From Vibrio vulnificus CMCP6 (GTDB lineage Bacteria > Pseudomonadota > Gammaproteobacteria > Enterobacterales > Vibrionaceae), in contig NC_004459.3 of the NCBI RefSeq assembly GCF_000039765.1, forward strand, positions 630,001 through 662,000: DNA of 32,000 bases. The letters are read 5' to 3'. Positions 27,052-32,000 of the stretch are shown here, one piece after another. A program made the position numbers and the translations under genes. The notes beneath the pieces were generated by a model that saw only the letters and a program-made list of their open reading frames with translations, searched no databases and had not been told where the DNA came from. Within the stretch, counting starts at the first letter, position 1. The number at the start of each line of letters is the position of its first letter.

Positions 27052-28200
27052 ATGAAAAACGCAGTACATTTTGGTGCCGGTAACATTGGTCGCGGCTTTA
27101 TTGGTAAATTGTTGGCTGATGCCAATGTTGCAGTGACGTTCGCTGATGTCGATGCTCCTTTGGTTGATCAGTTGAGCCACAAGCAAGAGTACAAAGTCAA
27201 AGTGGTCGGCAGTGAATGCCAAATTGATACCGTTACCCATGTCACCGCTGTTAATTCGGCCAGTGAAGAGGTGATTGATCGCATCGTCCAGACGGATTTA
27301 GTCACCACCGCAGTGGGACCGAATGTGTTGGATATCATAGCCAAAACCATTGCCCAAGGGATTGCAAAACGCTTTGCCGCTGGCAATCTGGCACCACTTA
27401 ATATTATTGCTTGCGAGAATATGGTTCGTGGCACAACTCACTTAAAAGGGGAAGTGTACAAACATCTCGATGCATCCTTACACGCCCAAGCTGACGAGCT
27501 TGTTGGCTTTGTTGACTCCGCAGTGGATCGCATTGTGCCCCCAGCAGAAGCCGCTAACGATGATCCTCTGGAAGTCACCGTTGAAAGCTTCAGTGAATGG
27601 ATTGTCGATGAGCAGCAATTTAAAGGCGAAGTGCCATCCATTGCCGGGATGGAAAAGACCCATAACCTCATGGCTTTTGTTGAACGCAAACTGTTTACCT
27701 TAAATACTGGCCATTGCATTACTGCGTACTTAGGTTGCTTACAAGGCCACCGAACTATTCGAGAAGCGATTGAAAATCCAGCCATTCGTGACCAAGTCAA
27801 ACAGGCAATGATGGAAAGTGGTGAAGTGCTGATTCGTCGCTACGGTTTTGATCGTGAGATGCACCAAGCCTACATCGAGAAGATCTTGGCGCGTTTTGCC
27901 AATCCATTCTTAGTGGATGAAGTGGACCGCGTTGGTCGCCAACCTATTCGCAAACTTGGTATGAATGATAGATTAATCAAACCATTACTGGGTACAATTG
28001 AGTTCGGCACGGCAAATCAGCATCTCTTAAAAGGCATCGCTGCCGCGTTAAAATATCAAAATGACAGTGATCCACAGGCCGTGGAATTACAGCGCTCACT
28101 GCAGCAAGTTGGCGTGAAAAAAACGTTGGCAAAATACACAAGCCTTGCAGAGGACAGTGTTGAGGTTGCAAAGATTGAAACTCTTTACAACCAACTTTAA
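27052..28200 (+). CDS. mtlD: Mannitol-1-phosphate 5-dehydrogenase
   Basis: 382-aa ORF with the N-terminal Rossmann motif [18 protein letters not shown]. It sits directly after mtlA. Confidence 0.95.
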   Translation: MKNAVHFGAGNIGRGFIGKLLADANVAVTFADVDAPLVDQLSHKQEYKVKVVGSECQIDTVTHVTAVNSASEEVIDRIVQTDLVTTAVGPNVLDIIAKTIAQGIAKRFAAGNLAPLNIIACENMVRGTTHLKGEVYKHLDASLHAQADELVGFVDSAVDRIVPPAEAANDDPLEVTVESFSEWIVDEQQFKGEVPSIAGMEKTHNLMAFVERKLFTLNTGHCITAYLGCLQGHRTIREAIENPAIRDQVKQAMMESGEVLIRRYGFDREMHQAYIEKILARFANPFLVDEVDRVGRQPIRKLGMNDRLIKPLLGTIEFGTANQHLLKGIAAALKYQNDSDPQAVELQRSLQQVGVKKTLAKYTSLAEDSVEVAKIETLYNQL

Positions 28201-28206
28201 TCAGTA

Positions 28207-28225
28207 GGGGGAGCTATGCTCCCCT
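28207..28225 (+). other. Intercistronic hairpin between mtlD and mtlR
   Basis: ggggagc-tat-gctcccc, 7 bp, beginning 7 nt after the mtlD stop. It is followed by A-rich sequence, not U-rich. Confidence 0.35.
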
Positions 28226-28256
28226 CAAATATAAAAAAGATATATTGATTCAGTTT

Positions 28257-28787
28257 ATGGCAGAGCATACAAACGAAAGTGACATCATTGAACGATTAAA
28301 TCACGCCCCCAGTGTACGCGGTTTTTTTGTTGAGACCGTCGACATCCTTACCGAGGCCGTCGATGGCTTGGTACAACGAATTTTTCGCAAAGATAATTTT
28401 GCGGTGCAATCTGTCGTTGGGCCGCTTTTGCAGGACTCTGGTCCATTAGGTGATGTTTCTGTACGCTTAAAACTGCTCTTTGGTTTAGGCGTGTTATCAG
28501 ATCATCACTATCACGATATTGAAGACATCATTAAGCTCAAAAACAAACTCAACAGTGATAGCACAGAATACGAGTTTACCGATCCCCAAATACTCGAACC
28601 GATTAAGAAACTTCATCTCGTGCAGAAAATGGGCATGGTGCAACTTGAAGTCGATGACCCTGATGACGATATCGAGCTGAGTTTTTATCAGCTTCAACTG
28701 CAAAGAAAGCAACAAATCATCCGCTCTGGTCTCTCACTCGCCATTGTCGAAATCTGTCATGAATTGGGCAAGGACAGCCCATTTTAG
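28257..28787 (+). CDS. mtlR: Mannitol operon repressor MtlR
   Basis: The track start at 28245 is TTG; the in-frame ATG at 28257 is more likely. VRGFFVETVDILTEAVDGLVQRIFRKDNFAVQSVVGPLLQDSGPLGDVSVRLKLLFGLGV parallels E. coli MtlR (VRSFLITAVELLTEAVNLLVLQVFRKDDYAVKYAVEPLLDGDGPLGDLSVRLKLIYGLGV) as I recall it. Confidence 0.85.
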   Translation: MAEHTNESDIIERLNHAPSVRGFFVETVDILTEAVDGLVQRIFRKDNFAVQSVVGPLLQDSGPLGDVSVRLKLLFGLGVLSDHHYHDIEDIIKLKNKLNSDSTEYEFTDPQILEPIKKLHLVQKMGMVQLEVDDPDDDIELSFYQLQLQRKQQIIRSGLSLAIVEICHELGKDSPF

Positions 28788-28837
28788 TCTTATCTCTTTT
28801 AAACCGACTTCCCTTTCCTCTGCACCTCTGCGTTAAA

Positions 28838-28868
28838 ACAAAAAAGCCGAGGTGACAACACCTCGGCT
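28838..28868 (-). terminator. Terminator downstream of glmS (possibly bidirectional with mtlR)
   Basis: 10-bp stem agccgaggtg / cacctcggct with loop acaa. The A-run on the + strand left flank becomes the U-run on the - strand. Confidence 0.7.
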
Positions 28869-28889
28869 CATCGCATTCTTTCAAAACGA

Positions 28890-30722
28890 TTATTCTACCG
28901 TGACCGCTTTCGCTAGGTTACGAGGTTGGTCAACGTCCGTTCCTTTGATCAACGCCACGTAGTACGAGAGCAATTGCATTGGAATGGTGTAGTAGATTGC
29001 TGCAGTGATTTCACTCACGTGAGGCATAGTGATGATCTTCATGGTTTCATCGCCCTCGAACCCTGCGTCCGCATCCGCAAATACATACAAAAGACCACCG
29101 CGTGCACGCACTTCTTCAACGTTAGATTTTAACTTCTCGAGAAGATCGTTACTTGGCGCGACTACCACCACAGGCATGTCTGCATCAATCAACGCAAGAG
29201 GACCGTGTTTAAGCTCACCCGCCGCGTACGCTTCAGCGTGAATGTAAGAGATTTCTTTCAGTTTCAAAGACGCTTCCATTGCAATGGGATAGAACTCACC
29301 ACGACCAAGGAACAAGGTGTGGTGCTTATCTGCAAAATCTGTCGCCAAGGCTTCAATGTCTTTTTCAAAAGAGAGTGCTGCGTTGATTTGCTTAGGTAAC
29401 GCGTGCAACGCTTCTACGATCTCTTTTTCCTTTTCTTTACTGATACGGCCTTGTTGTTTACCCAGCGCCGTCACCAGCATAAGTAGAGCGGCCAATTGGG
29501 TTGTAAACGCCTTGGTAGAAGCGACACCAATCTCCACCCCTGCACGAGTCATAAAGGCAAAGTCAGATTCACGGACCAAAGATGACCCCGCCACGTTACA
29601 GATGGTCATGGCCGCCATATACCCTTTTTCTTTTGCTAGTCGCAAAGCTGCAAGAGTATCCGCCGTTTCACCCGATTGAGATAACGTAATAAGCAGGCTG
29701 TTTGGACGAGTCACAAACTTGCGGTAGCGAAATTCCGAAGCAATTTCCACATCACAGCTCACACCAGCAATGTCTTCGAACCAGTAACGCGCTGTCATGC
29801 CCGCATTGTAAGAGGTACCACATGCGACGATCTGAACGTGCTCAACTTTGCTTAGGATCTCAGCTGCATTAACACCAATGGCTTCAGTCACCACGGAATC
29901 TGCGGTAATACGCCCTTCCATGGTGTTGATCAGTGCCGTCGGCTGCTCGTAAATTTCTTTTTGCATGAAGTGACGGTATTGACCTTTATCACCCGCATCA
30001 TGCTCAGCGTTTGATTCGGCAATCTCACGCTCAACACGCTCACCCGATGCATCATATACCGCAACCTCACGGCGCGTAATTTCTGCAACGTCCCCTTCTT
30101 CTAGGTACATAAAGCGGCGAGTTACGTTAAGCAGTGCCAGTTGGTCGGAAGCAAGGAAGTTTTCACCCACACCAAAACCAATCACAATCGGACTACCAGA
30201 ACGAGCCACCACGATGCGCGAAGGATCGTTACGATCCAAGACAACCGTGCCGTAAGCACCTTCCAATTGTTTAACGGTTTTTTGTACGGCTTCAAGTAAT
30301 GACGCTGCGGTACGCAATTCCCACTCAACCAAGTGAGCAATCACTTCAGTATCCGTTTGAGATTCAAACACATAGCCACGAGATTGCAACAACTCACGTA
30401 GCGTTTCATGGTTTTCAATAATGCCGTTATGTACCACGCTGATGTCGCCCGACTGATGTGGGTGCGCGTTGATCTCAGAAGGCTCACCATGAGTCGCCCA
30501 ACGCGTGTGCGCGATCCCCGTCCCACCAACGACCTCGGCTTGATCCACAGCATCCGCCAATTCTTGTACTTTACCCAAGCGACGAATTCGAGTTAGGTTG
30601 GATTGGCTATCAACCACTGCAACACCCGCAGAGTCATAACCGCGGTATTCTAAACGACGTAGACCTTCAACCAAGATCTCTGCGACATCACGCTGTGCAA
30701 CAGCACCAACGATTCCACACAT
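28890..30722 (-). CDS. glmS: Glutamine--fructose-6-phosphate aminotransferase (isomerizing)
   Basis: 610-aa [39 protein letters not shown] carries the N-terminal catalytic Cys2. It has two SIS domains and the C-terminal NLAKAVTVE. Confidence 0.97.
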   Translation of the reverse strand: MCGIVGAVAQRDVAEILVEGLRRLEYRGYDSAGVAVVDSQSNLTRIRRLGKVQELADAVDQAEVVGGTGIAHTRWATHGEPSEINAHPHQSGDISVVHNGIIENHETLRELLQSRGYVFESQTDTEVIAHLVEWELRTAASLLEAVQKTVKQLEGAYGTVVLDRNDPSRIVVARSGSPIVIGFGVGENFLASDQLALLNVTRRFMYLEEGDVAEITRREVAVYDASGERVEREIAESNAEHDAGDKGQYRHFMQKEIYEQPTALINTMEGRITADSVVTEAIGVNAAEILSKVEHVQIVACGTSYNAGMTARYWFEDIAGVSCDVEIASEFRYRKFVTRPNSLLITLSQSGETADTLAALRLAKEKGYMAAMTICNVAGSSLVRESDFAFMTRAGVEIGVASTKAFTTQLAALLMLVTALGKQQGRISKEKEKEIVEALHALPKQINAALSFEKDIEALATDFADKHHTLFLGRGEFYPIAMEASLKLKEISYIHAEAYAAGELKHGPLALIDADMPVVVVAPSNDLLEKLKSNVEEVRARGGLLYVFADADAGFEGDETMKIITMPHVSEITAAIYYTIPMQLLSYYVALIKGTDVDQPRNLAKAVTVE

Positions 30723-30748
30723 GTTTTATCTCCATTTTTATTTTTTGC

Positions 30749-30785
30749 TTCCTCGTACTTCGCAAGCAAAAGTCGTTACGAGGAA
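30749..30785 (-). other. Stem-loop in the 68-nt spacer between the DeoR-family gene and glmS
   Basis: 9-bp stem ttcctcgta / tacgaggaa with a 19-nt loop. On the - strand it starts 5 nt after the regulator's stop. It is followed by A-rich sequence and then the glmS SD (ggag), so it is not a canonical terminator. Confidence 0.45.
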
Positions 30786-30790
30786 AAAGA

Positions 30791-31552
30791 TTAGGCACAG
30801 ATGACGCGCACGCCATTGGCTTCCATTTCGGCTTTGTGTTCTGGCAGCAAGTCATTGTTGGTGATCAGAATATCGATCATCTCCCACGCCAGTTCGAGAT
30901 TCGGGATTTTGCGCCCCACCTTATCGGACTCAACCATGACGATCACTTCTCGTGAGACTTCCGCCATCACTTTGCTCAGGCCGACAAGTTCATTAAATGT
31001 GGTGGTCCCACGGGTCAGGTCAACACCATCTGCGCCGATGAAGAGCTGATCAAAGTCGTACGATCGCAACACCGATTCGGCCACTTTTCCTTGGAAGGAT
31101 TCAGAATGGTTGTCCCAAGTTCCGCCAGTCATTAAAAGCGTAGGTTCACTTTCCAGCTCGTTCAACGCGTTGGCTACGTGCAATGAGTTGGTCATCACCA
31201 CCAAACCGCGTTTGCTGTTGAGTTGCTGAATAAGCGCCCCGGTTGTGCTACCGCTGTCGATCACGATACGGTTGTGGTCTCGAATCAGCTCCGCCGCTTT
31301 CTCTGCGAGTTTTAGCTTTCGATCCGAAACGTTTTGACTCATTTCTTCATGAATCACTTCTTTGGGGATCGCAATCGCGCCACCGTAGCGGCGCAACAAT
31401 TGGCCATTCTTTTCTAATGACGCCAAATCCTTTCGAATCGTGACTTCTGAGGTGTCAAATTTATGAGCGAGCTCGTCAACACTGACCTCTCCTTTCTCAT
31501 TAACCAGTTTAGAAATACTGTGTCTTCTCAGCTGAGTGTTTCGTTTCGACAT
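30791..31552 (-). CDS. DeoR/GlpR-family transcriptional regulator
   Basis: 253-aa ORF with an N-terminal wHTH (RRHSISKLVNEKGEVSVDELAHKFDTSEVTIRKDLASLEKNGQLLRRYGGA) and a C-terminal DeoR sugar-phosphate-binding domain (IVIDSGSTT...FIGADGVD). Confidence 0.85.
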   Translation of the reverse strand: MSKRNTQLRRHSISKLVNEKGEVSVDELAHKFDTSEVTIRKDLASLEKNGQLLRRYGGAIAIPKEVIHEEMSQNVSDRKLKLAEKAAELIRDHNRIVIDSGSTTGALIQQLNSKRGLVVMTNSLHVANALNELESEPTLLMTGGTWDNHSESFQGKVAESVLRSYDFDQLFIGADGVDLTRGTTTFNELVGLSKVMAEVSREVIVMVESDKVGRKIPNLELAWEMIDILITNNDLLPEHKAEMEANGVRVICA

Positions 31553-31982
31553 TTAACTTTTAACTTTAAGTTTCGAATTGAAAGAAATTATAGTTGAAGT
31601 GAAACTTTTTAGTCCATTTATTTCGATCCAAAAAATTAATAAATAGCGCTGAAACCTTGTCCTAAGACAATTCTTAGACAGTGATATTGACTGAATTCAG
31701 TGGTAGAATTCGCCTCCGAAAAGAAAATTTATTACAGAATTGACCGTTATTTTTTTGCAACTTTCTTCATATAAAGTGGATAAAGTCACAAAAATAGAGA
31801 ATTTTGAATTATTGAGTTGGTCATAAAATGACTAAACTTGATGAAAGACTTTCAACCCTGATGTCATTAAGTTTTTTGTAGATAGGCCCGCTGAGAAGCT
31901 AAAAAAAGTGGGACATGTAAAGGCATTAGGCTACAAACACCGACTTTCAAATTGTAACTATATTGACCGGAGAGTATCTTCC

Positions 31983-32000
31983 ATGAAAAAGACCAAAATC
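31983..32000 (+). CDS. pykF: Start of a pyruvate kinase (PykF-like) gene, first 6 codons only
   Basis: ATG at 31983 preceded by ggagag. MKKTKI equals the first six residues of E. coli PykF (MKKTKIVCTIGP) as I recall it. Six codons are very thin evidence. Confidence 0.35.

Noticed and set aside
31648-31661. GCTGAAACCTTGTC, which resembles the left half of a Cra/FruR operator (GCTGAAAC|GTTTCA). It was of interest because E. coli pykF is Cra-regulated.
   Set aside because: The right half-site is absent, and the site is about 320 bp from the pykF-like ATG. This is insufficient for a call without a PWM score or evidence of conservation.
31828-31881. A 17-codon ORF (MTKLDERLSTLMSLSFL) upstream of the pykF-like start, considered as a possible leader peptide.
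   Set aside because: It has no SD, no obvious attenuator structure follows it, and nothing about the peptide suggests regulation. It is most likely a chance ORF in AT-rich DNA.
1-32000. CRISPR arrays, IS elements or transposases, VCR/integron-type repeats, toxin-antitoxin pairs and restriction-modification or other defence modules.
   Set aside because: No regularly spaced direct repeats and no terminal inverted repeats flanking an ORF were seen. No protein in the six-frame track has a nuclease, methylase, integrase or transposase signature that I can recognise. Without a search tool I cannot fully exclude small dispersed repeats.

Overview
This window reads as conserved chromosomal backbone of a Vibrionaceae-type gammaproteobacterium. 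That call rests on Vibrio-like protein sequences judged by eye; nothing was aligned or searched. Gene order is colinear with the E. coli region glnE-ygiF-ygiM-cca-bacA(uppP)-folB-plsY-tsaD / rpsU-dnaG-rpoD-ileX. After that come a SIMPL-domain gene, an OlsF-like two-domain acyltransferase, an orphan TRAP substrate-binding protein and the mannitol PTS operon mtlADR. The window ends with glmS, a co-oriented DeoR-family regulator, and the first six codons of a pykF-like gene. I support 28 protein-coding genes (2 partial), one tRNA (CAU anticodon, ileX-like) and a set of rho-independent terminators and candidate regulatory sites. Six ORFs in the supplied track look over-extended at the 5' end (cca, dnaG, rpoD, mtlA, mtlR and the TRAP binding protein), and I give corrected starts. 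I saw no transposase, integrase, CRISPR array, toxin-antitoxin pair, restriction-modification or recognisable defence gene. I cannot point to a convincing new multi-gene system here. What deserves a second look: (1) lineage-specific insertions into the E. coli-like backbone, namely a sensor-less MCP with a Kv-type K+ channel, a DUF47-PiT pair facing the CYTH-CHAD triphosphatase, a fused GspA-GspB, and an alpha/beta hydrolase; (2) the tRNA(CAU) locus after rpoD, which I recall as the VSP-II integration site in V. cholerae and which is unoccupied here; (3) an orphan terminator-like palindrome and Pho-box-like repeats in the SIMPL/olsF control region; (4) a 478-bp A/C-rich mtlA control region with four CRP-like sites and a structured leader; (5) a hairpin in the DeoR-glmS spacer and TTTCG repeats at the regulator's own start. 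All regulatory calls were made by eye and have low confidence.
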